A DNA stretch of 64,000 nucleotides from Thermodesulfovibrionia bacterium (lineage in GTDB: Bacteria; Nitrospirota; Thermodesulfovibrionia; UBA6902): assembly GCA_947259735.1 (NCBI GenBank), contig CAMYNN010000006.1, positions 4,998 through 68,997 on the forward strand. The letters run 5' to 3'. Both the position numbers and the translations under genes were made by a program. Below, in pieces: positions 17,997 through 26,373 of the stretch. Numbering within the stretch: position 1 is the first letter of the stretch; each line of letters opens with the position of its first letter. The notes beneath the pieces were generated by a model. It made no database searches and was not told the origin of the DNA. It saw only the letters and a list, made by a program, of their open reading frames with translations.

Positions 17997-18356
17997 CGGG
18001 CAGGGACCTTATCGAAGAGAGGTGCCTGTCAGGAAAACTGGATGTCTGTCGAGGGCCCTCCGGGCTCAGCTTATTTAAATTCGAACAGTGTACACTTTTG
18101 ATTATCTTACTATAAAATACATTCGTAGTAAAATGGGGAAACTATAATTATAATTTTTTCTTGCTTTTTGATTGAATATGACGGAAAATAGTAGCACGTT
18201 AACGTAATTTTTTCTTGTAACCATTAAGCTGCAATCTGTGCTGAAGGCTTTAACATCATCATAGCTACGAGTTATGAACGAAAAAATATGTATATTCCTG
18301 CCTCGCACGATACCCCATCAATACAGTAACCTCAATGTATATTTATTCTATAGAAG

Positions 18357-18836
18357 GTGGATATAGGAATGGAGAAAAAATGCCGGAAAATTCTTGAGAA
18401 ATATTATAAAGAAGAAGGAAACGTCATCTCCATTCTGCAGGATATGCAGGAAGAATTTGGCTATATTCCTGATGATGCGGTGTACTGGTGTGCGAATGAA
18501 CTGAATATTCCTGCCAGTAATTTTTTTGGGGTTGCTACTTTTTATTCCCAGTTTCATCTGAAACCGAGAGGGAGGTATATCATAACGGCCTGTTGCGGGA
18601 CGGCATGCCACGTCAAGGGGGCTGATCCTATTATTCATCGCATGAGGGCCGATCTTGCCCTGGCAGAAGGTGAGACGACCACGTCGGATACCAATTTTAC
18701 ACTGGAAAGCGTAGCCTGTATCGGTGCATGCAGTATGGCCCCTGTTGTTAAAGTAAACAAGAGGATTTATGGAAATGTGACACCCGACAGAGCAACTGAA
18801 CTTATCGATGAATTCAACAACGAGAAGGGGAAGTAA
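18357..18836 (+). CDS. NuoE/HoxE-like [2Fe-2S] thioredoxin-fold subunit
   Basis: CCGTACHVKG...CIGACSMAP motif. The start may instead be the ATG at 18369. Confidence 0.85.
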   Translation: MDIGMEKKCRKILEKYYKEEGNVISILQDMQEEFGYIPDDAVYWCANELNIPASNFFGVATFYSQFHLKPRGRYIITACCGTACHVKGADPIIHRMRADLALAEGETTTSDTNFTLESVACIGACSMAPVVKVNKRIYGNVTPDRATELIDEFNNEKGK

Positions 18837-20634
18837 TGTGGCGGTAAAGAAGTCAGGGCAAAAATCTGCGCTAAAAAATCTGGAAATAAAAGTATGTGTC
18901 GGCACAGGCGGCCTCGCTGCCGGCAGCCAGGATGTTCTGGACAGGTTCGGGAAGCAGCTCAAGGCCCGGGGAATCAAAGCCGGCATCGCAAAGAAATGCA
19001 CTAAAAAAACGGGCTGCCGGGGGCTCTGTGCAAAGGACGTTCTGGTTGACGTTATCCGGAACGGCAAGAAATCAACCTATCAGTTTATCACAGTCGACAA
19101 GGTCAGCAGAATCATAAAAGAGCACGTTATGGAAGGCGTTCCTGTAAAAGACTGGCTTGTCGGTCCGGAATACGAGGCTTTTCACAGCAAGGGGACGAAG
19201 GTCCTTCTGAAGCAATGCGGAGAGATTGACCCTGAAGATATTGAGTCATATATAGAGTCAGGCGGGTACAGGGCAACGCTGAAGGCCCTGAAAATGAAGC
19301 CGGAGGCCGTTATAGATGTTATTAAAAAATCGGGTCTCCGCGGCAGGGGTGGAGCTGGATTTCCGACAGGCCAGAAGTGGGAGCTTTGCAGCAATGCTGA
19401 AGGGAGCCCCAAATACATTATATGTAATGCCGATGAAGGTGACCCCGGAGCATTTATGGACAGGTCCATTATTGAAGGGAACCCTCATTCTGTTTTGGAA
19501 GGATTGATCATCGGCGCCTATGCTTTCGGTGCATCCCGCGGTTATGTCTATATTCGCGCTGAATATCCTGTGGCCATTACCCGCCTGAAGCTTGCTATAA
19601 AAGAGGCAGAGAAAAAAGGCTTCCTGGGAAAAAACATATGCAAGCGAGGCTTTGACTTCGACATCCGGATCAAGGAGGGGGCCGGTGCATTTGTCTGCGG
19701 TGAAGAGACTGCTCTCATCGCCTCAATTGAAGGCGGACGCGGCATGCCACGTTCAAAGCCCCCTTTCCCGGTGTATCATGGACTGTGGGGGAAGCCAACG
19801 GTTGTCAATAATGTTGAAACGCTCTCAACGATTCCCCTGATCATCTTCAAGGGGGCCAAGTGGTTCTCTTCCATCGGCACGGAAACGAGCAAGGGAACCA
19901 AGGTCTTTGCCCTTACAGGAAAAATAAAAAACACAGGCCTGATCGAAGTGCCTATGGGAATTACTCTGAGAGAAATTATTTATGATATCGGCGGTGGATG
20001 CCCCGGGAACAGGGAATTTAAAGCTGTGCAGACAGGCGGTCCCTCAGGCGGCTGCATTCCTGCTTCCTATATTGATATGCCCGTAGATTACGAATCATTG
20101 CAGGAGATCGGATCCATGATGGGCTCTGGCGGAATGGTTGTCATGGACGATACGACCTGCATGGTCGACATGGCAAAGTTTTTCCTGGAATTTGCCCAGA
20201 ATGAGTCATGCGGCAAGTGCCTGCCCTGCCGGGTCGGCAATAAGCGACTCTTTGAGAGACTGAAGGATATTACGGAGGGAAAAGGCAGGGAAGGTGATAT
20301 CGAGTTCCTTCTGTCCCTTGGGGAAGACATAAAAATATCATCCCTCTGCGGACTTGGTCAAACATCCCCCAATCCTGTACTTTCTACTATTAAATACTTC
20401 AGAGATGAATACGAGGCGCATATACGGGAGCACCGGTGTCCGGCAGGAGTATGCCAGGCATTCAGGAAATATGTTGTCAATGCCGCTATTTGTAAAATGT
20501 GCGGAAAGTGCTTCAAAGAATGTCCGGCAGAGGCAATAACGTGGCAGAGAAAACAGCCGGCAATGATAAACAGAGACAAATGCATTCAATGCGGCACCTG
20601 TTATGATGTATGCCCGTTTCATGCAATACTATAA
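18808..20634 (+). CDS. NuoF/HydB-like NAD(H)-binding flavoprotein subunit with an extra N-terminal domain and a C-terminal 2x[4Fe-4S] ferredoxin domain
   Basis: GRGGAGFPTGQKW, ESCGKCLPCR, and C-terminal CKMCGKCFKECP and CIQCGTCYDVCP. The true start may be the GTG at 18838. Confidence 0.9.
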   Translation: MNSTTRRGSNVAVKKSGQKSALKNLEIKVCVGTGGLAAGSQDVLDRFGKQLKARGIKAGIAKKCTKKTGCRGLCAKDVLVDVIRNGKKSTYQFITVDKVSRIIKEHVMEGVPVKDWLVGPEYEAFHSKGTKVLLKQCGEIDPEDIESYIESGGYRATLKALKMKPEAVIDVIKKSGLRGRGGAGFPTGQKWELCSNAEGSPKYIICNADEGDPGAFMDRSIIEGNPHSVLEGLIIGAYAFGASRGYVYIRAEYPVAITRLKLAIKEAEKKGFLGKNICKRGFDFDIRIKEGAGAFVCGEETALIASIEGGRGMPRSKPPFPVYHGLWGKPTVVNNVETLSTIPLIIFKGAKWFSSIGTETSKGTKVFALTGKIKNTGLIEVPMGITLREIIYDIGGGCPGNREFKAVQTGGPSGGCIPASYIDMPVDYESLQEIGSMMGSGGMVVMDDTTCMVDMAKFFLEFAQNESCGKCLPCRVGNKRLFERLKDITEGKGREGDIEFLLSLGEDIKISSLCGLGQTSPNPVLSTIKYFRDEYEAHIREHRCPAGVCQAFRKYVVNAAICKMCGKCFKECPAEAITWQRKQPAMINRDKCIQCGTCYDVCPFHAIL

Positions 20635-20646
20635 ATAAAGGGTCCC

Positions 20647-20695
20647 GGGGTTCAAGGGGCCGAGGGTTCAAGGGACAATAACCGTTCCTGAACCC
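20647..20695. repeat. GGTTCAAGGG tandem pair with inverted partner (intercistronic hairpin element)
   Basis: The sequence ggggttcaagggg..gagggttcaaggga is followed by ttcctgaaccc. It lies between the nuoF-like stop and the fdhA start. Confidence 0.55.
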
Positions 20696-20739
20696 AGCGG
20701 CACCTGGATCCAGTGAATCCTGATTTTTAGGAGGTTGTC

Positions 20740-23436
20740 TTGTCAAAAGACAAAATAAAAATAAAGATAAACGGTAAAAAGATATCGTGCAGTCAGGGAG
20801 ACACGATCCTTGAGGCTGCAAATAAAGCGGGGATTAAAATCCCCACGCTTTGTCACGATTACAGGCTTGAACCATACGGCTCATGCAGGTTTTGCAGTGT
20901 TGAGATCAGGGGAATGCAAAGGCTGCTTCCCGCCTGTACGACACCCGCCGCAGATAATATGGATATTTCCTCAGAAAGCGACACAGTCCAGAGGATAAGG
21001 AAGAGACTGGTGTCTCTCATGCTTTCCAATCACCCCAATGACTGCATGCGATGTGAAGCTGACGGTGACTGTTCACTGCAGGACCTTGCTTATGAATATG
21101 GTGTGGACGGCAGTGAATATGGAGGTGAGAAATGGGATCTGCCGATTCGGCAGGCAAATCCTTTTATAACCTACGAACCGAACAAATGCATTGTCTGCGG
21201 GAGGTGCGTAAGAATATGCAACGAAGTTGTGATGGCAGGGACCATAGATTTTACAGGCAGGGGATTCAATACTGTCCCTGATACGGCCTTCAGGACAGCG
21301 CGTACATTGTCAAACTGTGAATTTTGCGGCCAGTGCGTGTCTACCTGTCCTACGGGGGCGCTGACCGACAAAAAGGGAAGAGGCAAGGGCCGCGTTAAAG
21401 ACTTCAAAAAGGTCCGGACTACCTGTGGCTACTGCGGTACAGGCTGCAACTTCTTTTTAAATGTAAAAGATAATAAGGTTGTGAAGGTTACGTCCGATTA
21501 TAGCGGTCCGGTGAACAGGGGGAACCTGTGCATAAAGGGACGGTATGGGTATGATTTCATACATAGTCCTGACAGAATTACGAAGCCTCTCATCCGCAAG
21601 GGCAAAAAGTTTGTAGAGGTCTCATGGGATGACGCTCTTGATCTGGTTGCGAAGAAGTTCGGTGAAATATTAAAGAAACACGGCCCTGACTCGTGCGGTG
21701 CTTTTTCATCATCACGATGTACCAATGAAGAGAATTTCCTGCTCGCCAAATTTGTCAGAACGGTTTTCAAGACGAATAATGTCGATAACTGCGCTCGAGT
21801 CTGACACGCTCCGACTGTGGCCGGTCTGGCCACCAGCCTGGGAGCAGGTGCTGCAACTAATTCACTGGCCCAGATGCCTGAAATAGATACTCTCTTCCTG
21901 TTTGGTTCTAATCCTACGGAAGCCCATCCTATTGTCGCCATTTATCTGAAGAAGGCCCTGCGGAATGGTGCAAGGCTTATTGTTGGCGATCCTCGGCAGA
22001 CATGGATGGCAAAACGCGCCGATGTATGGCTCAACCTCCGCCCGGGCTCAAACATAGCACTTATAAACGGTCTCGTTCATGTGATACTAAAAAACGGGTG
22101 GGAGAACAAAGCGTTTATCAAGAAAAGGACCGAGGATTTTCAGGAGCTTAAAAAGCATGTAAAGAAATATGACCCTAAAACAGTCGAAAAACTTACCGGG
22201 GTTTCAAAAGATAAACTGACTGAAGCAGCCAGGCTGTATTCTCATGCGGACAAGGCAATGATCGTATACGGCCTTGGTGTTACAGAGCACAGGACGGGGA
22301 CAGAGAACGCAATGGCCATTGCTAACCTTGCCCTTGCCTGCGGTCACATTGGCAGACCTTCAACGGGTATCATGGCTTTGAGAGGGCAGAACAATGTCCA
22401 GGGGGCTTCCGATCTCGGACCCGCCCCGAACATACTCCCCGGATACCAGCCTGTTGTGAACCCCGATGTGCGGGAGAAATTCGAAAAGGCATGGGGTGTT
22501 CCCATTTCACCGAAAGTTGGACTCAAGTCTGTTGAAATGCTTGATCAGGCATGCGGCAGGACATTCAAGGGTCTCTATATTCTTGGAGAAGACCCCGCCC
22601 AGACCGATCCGAATTCCCACGAAGTCCGTCGGGCCCTGCAATCTCTCGATTTTCTCGTTGTTCAGGATATCTTCCATACAGAAACCACAAAATATGCCCA
22701 CGTTATTCTACCGGGCTCAAGCTTTGCTGAAAAGGACGGCACGTTCACAAACGGTGAACGAAGGGTGCAGCGTGTCAGAAAGGCCATTCGACCGCTGGCA
22801 GGAAAGGCGGACTGGCAGGTGATCTGTGAACTTGCTACCCGTATGGGCTATCCCATGAGCTATGCTCATCCGTCTGAAGTAATGGATGAAATTGCGAGTC
22901 TTACCCCGCAATATGGAGGTATAAGTTATGAACGTCTCGAAAAAGTGAGCCTCCAGTGGCCCTGTCCGACCAAGGACCATCCCGGGACAAAGACTCTGTA
23001 TACTGACCTGTTCTCGCGGCCGGGAGGCCTGGCAAAATTTATGGTCCTTGATCATAAGGGCTCGGGCGAAGTTCCGGACAGGGAATATCCTTTCGCGCTC
23101 ATAACCGGCCGTATCCGTGAACACTACAATAACGGTTCCATGTCCAGGAGGGTGGCCGGTATTATGGAACTTGTACCTGAAGAGCATGTCGAGATGAACC
23201 CGGAAGACGCAATGAAGTTGAAAATCAAGGACAATGACTGGTTGAAAGTGGCTTCACGAAGAGGCGTTATTAAAGTCAAGGCGAGAATTACAAAACGATC
23301 CCAAAAGGGAAACCTGTTTCTCACGTTTCACTTCCCGGAAGCCCTCTCGAATTTTCTTACCTCGGAGCACAGGGACCCCATAGCCGGTACGCCGGAATAC
23401 AAGTCCTGTGCAGTGCGGATAGACAAAGTGCAATAA
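20740..23436 (+). CDS. fdhA: Formate dehydrogenase catalytic subunit, selenocysteine-containing (TGA at 21802-21804 read as Sec), with N-terminal NuoG-like Fe-S domains
   Basis: Two track ORFs (20740-21804 and 21817-23436) are in the same frame, separated only by a TGA. The junction reads NVDNCARV-U-HAPTVAGLATSLGAGAATNS, the conserved Sec/Cys active-site context of molybdopterin formate dehydrogenases. The TTG start has an AGGAGG SD. Confidence 0.9.
21808..21845 (+). promoter_or_regulatory. Bacterial SECIS-like stem-loop
   Basis: gtggcc-ggtct-ggccac (21817-21833) begins 13 nt after the TGA and is flanked by gctcc/ggagc. The apical GGUC-type loop resembles the E. coli fdhF SECIS. Confidence 0.6.
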
Positions 23437-23480
23437 TGCAAAAGTACAGAAGTGCCATAGCTCCCCGTTCGACAGGGGGC

Positions 23481-23972
23481 TTAATCGTCGAGGACCAAAT
23501 ATCGAATATACTCGTCAGTGGCATGTATTACTTTAATCTTGAAGTTCTTGAATTCAATTATGTCCGAATACCCCAGGTCATAGGTCAGTTCCCGGCTCAG
23601 TCTGGGGCTGTCAAATTTCCCCTCGTATTTTTTGTAGAAAATGTGAAGGGTGTTCTCTGTACGTCCATTATAAATCAGGACCTCTTTTGATTTGTCAGAT
23701 GTGGGGTAATCGGAGAACTGCCAGGAATCCAGTTCTGCCACCTGCCCCTCTCCGCTTTTGCTTCTCACATAGGTAATATATTCGGAAAGGACCATTGGAC
23801 GTCCTATACTTGCCTGCTCTTCAACGTTCAGCGTGTAGTTCTTTGAGTGGACCCTTTTCTTGGTTGTTAAATAGGAACAGTTCACAATGAGGAGCATGCA
23901 GAATGCTGAAATTAGAAATGCCTTTATTGCCATGAACCGGATTCCCCCATATTTCTCACTTCCCGTTGACAA
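23481..23972 (-). CDS. Hypothetical lipoprotein
   Basis: An internal Met gives MAIKAFLISAFCMLLIVNC, a signal peptide with a lipobox (probable start at 23933). No family recognised. Confidence 0.5.
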   Translation of the reverse strand: MSTGSEKYGGIRFMAIKAFLISAFCMLLIVNCSYLTTKKRVHSKNYTLNVEEQASIGRPMVLSEYITYVRSKSGEGQVAELDSWQFSDYPTSDKSKEVLIYNGRTENTLHIFYKKYEGKFDSPRLSRELTYDLGYSDIIEFKNFKIKVIHATDEYIRYLVLDD

Positions 23973-24333
23973 AACGAGAACTCAGTCTCTCATTTCTCAT
24001 TTCAAGTATATCAGAGTGCCGATCCATGTCAATCTTTCAAAGCGTGACTTCTCTGCTCAAATTGTTCATGAGTGTCAGCAGTAAAGCAGGTATGTCGAAA
24101 AAAAGAATTGTGAGCGGCTCCTGCAGAAGAGACTATAGAAACACTTTCTGTGGTGACCTGGAAGAAAGATGCCTTATTACACATGCCTCTCGCCGCATTC
24201 AATACTTTTTTGAGATATGCCTGCTTTGCTGCACCAATGCCGTGGGCCAGATAAAGTTTCAAGGGGCCCTTGTTCTTAACCAGCGTGCAGCTGCTCTTCA
24301 CATAACATGTAAAAAAAATGACGTACACAGATA

Positions 24334-25920
24334 TTACAGAACTTTTTCTTCTATCCCATATTTCTTTATTTTGTACCCTATCTGCCGTGGAGTGATGCCG
24401 AGAAGCCGGGCTGCCTTCGCCTGGACCCATCCTGTTTTTTCCAGTGCCTCTATGATATTTGATTTTTCGATTTCCCCCACACTGGCAGTCAATGAAGACG
24501 ACTGACTGCTGCTTTTGATGCGGCGGAGGCTGAGAGAAACAGGGAGGTCCGATGCAGTAAGGCGTTCTGCTCCGGACATAATTACCAGCCGTTCAATGGT
24601 GTTTTCAAGCTCCCTCACATTACCGGGCCAGTTGTAACTGAGGAAAACCTGAAGAGCGCTTTTATCAAGGTGAACGGACCGGTTATTCTCAGAGTTAAAT
24701 TTTTTCAGAAAATAATCGATAAGAACCAGGGTGTCTTCTCCTCTCTCACGGAGGGGGGGGAGGAACAGAGGTATTACATTCAGGCGGTAATAGAGGTCCT
24801 CCCTGAATTTCCCGTGCGAGACAAAACTTTCAAGGTTCCTGCTCGTTGCCGCAACGATTCTGACATCAACTTTCATGTTCTTTTCGCTGCCGACACGCTC
24901 GAATTCCCTTTCCTGAAGGACACGGAGTATTTTCGGCTGGAGGGTTATGGGGAGGTCCCCTACTTCATCAAGGAAAATGGTCCCCTTGTGTGCGAGTTCG
25001 AATTTGCCCTTCCGCGATGCAATCGCCCCTGTGAAAGCTCCTTTCTCATGCCCGAACAGCTCTGATTCAAGGAGCCCCTCAGGGATGGATGCACAATTGA
25101 ATTTAATGAAGGGCCCTTTGCTTCTCGGGCTCATATAGTGAATTGCCTTTGCGATCAGCTCCTTCCCGGTCCCGCTCTCACCTCGTAGAAGTACTGTTGC
25201 CTTCGTGGGGGCAACGCGGTGGACAGCCTCAAACACCTCCTGCATCCTTGACGAATCGCCGATCACGTTATCGATACTGTATTTGCCCTTCAGTTCCCGT
25301 TTTAAGATTTCTTTCTCTTTTTCGACTTCTTCATAACTTTCCCATAGCTTGACAAACTGGGCTATCAATGACGCGACAATTTTCAGGACCCTGAGGTCAT
25401 CATCAACGCTGCCCTGTTTTGTTGAATAGATCCTGTCAACGCTGAGCACTCCAAGCGCCTCATTTTTAAGCATAATCGGGATGCAAAGGAAAGATATCCC
25501 GTCTTTTTCCGGACGTGATCCTGTTCTATTCAGAAACAACGGTTCCTGTCCGATATTGGGAATAACCATGGGTATCCTCTTTTCCAGTACCCTGCCGACG
25601 ATGCCTTCTCCAATTCGATATTTTCCTTTTTCGATATTATGTTTTGTAAGACCGTGAGCGGCTACAATACGGAGTTCTCCGGAGTTCTGATCAAGAAGAA
25701 ACACGCATCCCCTCTGCATTTCGAGAAGACTCCCGAGGGTTGACATCACTGAAAGAAGGTTTTTTTCGAGGGCAAAGGAGGTAGTCAGTACTTTGCTCAC
25801 TTCAAGGATCGCAGTAAGCTCCCTGTTTTTCCTGATTGTCAGTTCTGCTTTCTTCCCGCTATCTTTCCCGCTTTTCATAGGGTCCACCTGTTTTGTTGAC
25901 CAGTTTATTTCATGGTACAT
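24334..25920 (-). CDS. Sigma-54-dependent transcriptional activator with N-terminal GAF domain (NifA/FhlA-like architecture)
   Basis: GAF-like N-terminus, AAA+ motifs GESGTGKE and GAFTGA (here EKGAFTGA), and a C-terminal Fis-type HTH ([21 protein letters not shown]). Confidence 0.9.
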   Translation of the reverse strand: MYHEINWSTKQVDPMKSGKDSGKKAELTIRKNRELTAILEVSKVLTTSFALEKNLLSVMSTLGSLLEMQRGCVFLLDQNSGELRIVAAHGLTKHNIEKGKYRIGEGIVGRVLEKRIPMVIPNIGQEPLFLNRTGSRPEKDGISFLCIPIMLKNEALGVLSVDRIYSTKQGSVDDDLRVLKIVASLIAQFVKLWESYEEVEKEKEILKRELKGKYSIDNVIGDSSRMQEVFEAVHRVAPTKATVLLRGESGTGKELIAKAIHYMSPRSKGPFIKFNCASIPEGLLESELFGHEKGAFTGAIASRKGKFELAHKGTIFLDEVGDLPITLQPKILRVLQEREFERVGSEKNMKVDVRIVAATSRNLESFVSHGKFREDLYYRLNVIPLFLPPLRERGEDTLVLIDYFLKKFNSENNRSVHLDKSALQVFLSYNWPGNVRELENTIERLVIMSGAERLTASDLPVSLSLRRIKSSSQSSSLTASVGEIEKSNIIEALEKTGWVQAKAARLLGITPRQIGYKIKKYGIEEKVL

Positions 25921-26047
25921 GTAAGGTATGTCAATAGGAACGCAAAAGAATATGTAATAGTAACATCAGGTTAAGGCAGATATCAATACGACGGTATACC
26001 TGTACGTCATTGGTTCGCATATGAAATGAAAATGATTCCATATAGAG

Positions 26048-26063
26048 TGGCATTCCTTCCGCA
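26048..26063 (+). promoter_or_regulatory. Weak sigma-54 promoter candidate TGGCAT-N5-CCGCA
   Basis: The GG/GC spacing is correct but the -12 element is CCGC rather than TTGC. It lies 128 nt from the activator start and about 310 nt upstream of the ATG at 26374. Confidence 0.3.
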
Positions 26064-26219
26064 ATTGTTTATTTCGTCTGTGAAGGAGTATAATAAAAGC
26101 TGAAATGCAGTCATCTACGTTTGTAGTTTTTTCGACGAAGCATGCCAATGAATCGGTTGAGAAAGGTCAAATTATCAGGAAAAACAGCTAATGGCTTTTA
26201 TTGCCGGTTCATGATTCGC

Positions 26220-26248
26220 TTGACATAGCGCTGTATATTTCTTAAATT
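26220..26248 (+). promoter_or_regulatory. Sigma-70-like promoter candidate TTGACA-N17-TAAATT
   Basis: ttgaca is at 26220-26225 and taaatt at 26243-26248. Confidence 0.4.
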
Positions 26249-26373
26249 AATACTAGTATAAATAATGCGTATGTATGCACCCATATGTTCAGTATTCCCT
26301 GTCCCGATTCAGGTCCTGGATAAACTATATGGATTTTTTTCAATGTGTAAATATAATTAACGGAGTTTTTTAA

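Noticed and set aside
18001-18356. Sigma-54 promoter for the formate dehydrogenase genes, given the nearby GAF/sigma-54 activator
   Set aside because: I found no GG-N10-GC element with acceptable flanks on either strand of this divergent region. Only AT-rich sigma-70-like sequence and a 13-nt direct repeat are present.
18348-19067. 239-aa minus-strand ORF, and similar long antisense ORFs (e.g. 1330-2010, 16063-16674, 17269-17913, 29023-29607, 30983-31594, 37436-37942)
   Set aside because: Each lies entirely antisense to a gene with clear family motifs, has odd composition (Cys/Arg/Ser/Pro-rich) and no recognisable domain. They are typical shadow ORFs.
20740-21804. Treating 20740-21804 and 21817-23436 as two separate genes (a truncated Fe-S protein and a molybdopterin subunit with a GTG start)
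   Set aside because: They share a reading frame, the TGA sits exactly at the conserved Sec/Cys position, and a SECIS-like hairpin follows. A single selenoprotein CDS explains the sequence better.
25966-26148. 60-aa minus-strand ORF in the divergent region as a precursor peptide or small gene
   Set aside because: It has a TTG start without an SD, is on the wrong strand relative to the rSAM operon, has poor composition and overlaps the candidate promoter elements.
26192-26205. TGGCTTTTATTGCC as a sigma-54 promoter
   Set aside because: GG-to-GC spacing is 10 nt instead of the required 12, so it does not fit the -24/-12 geometry.
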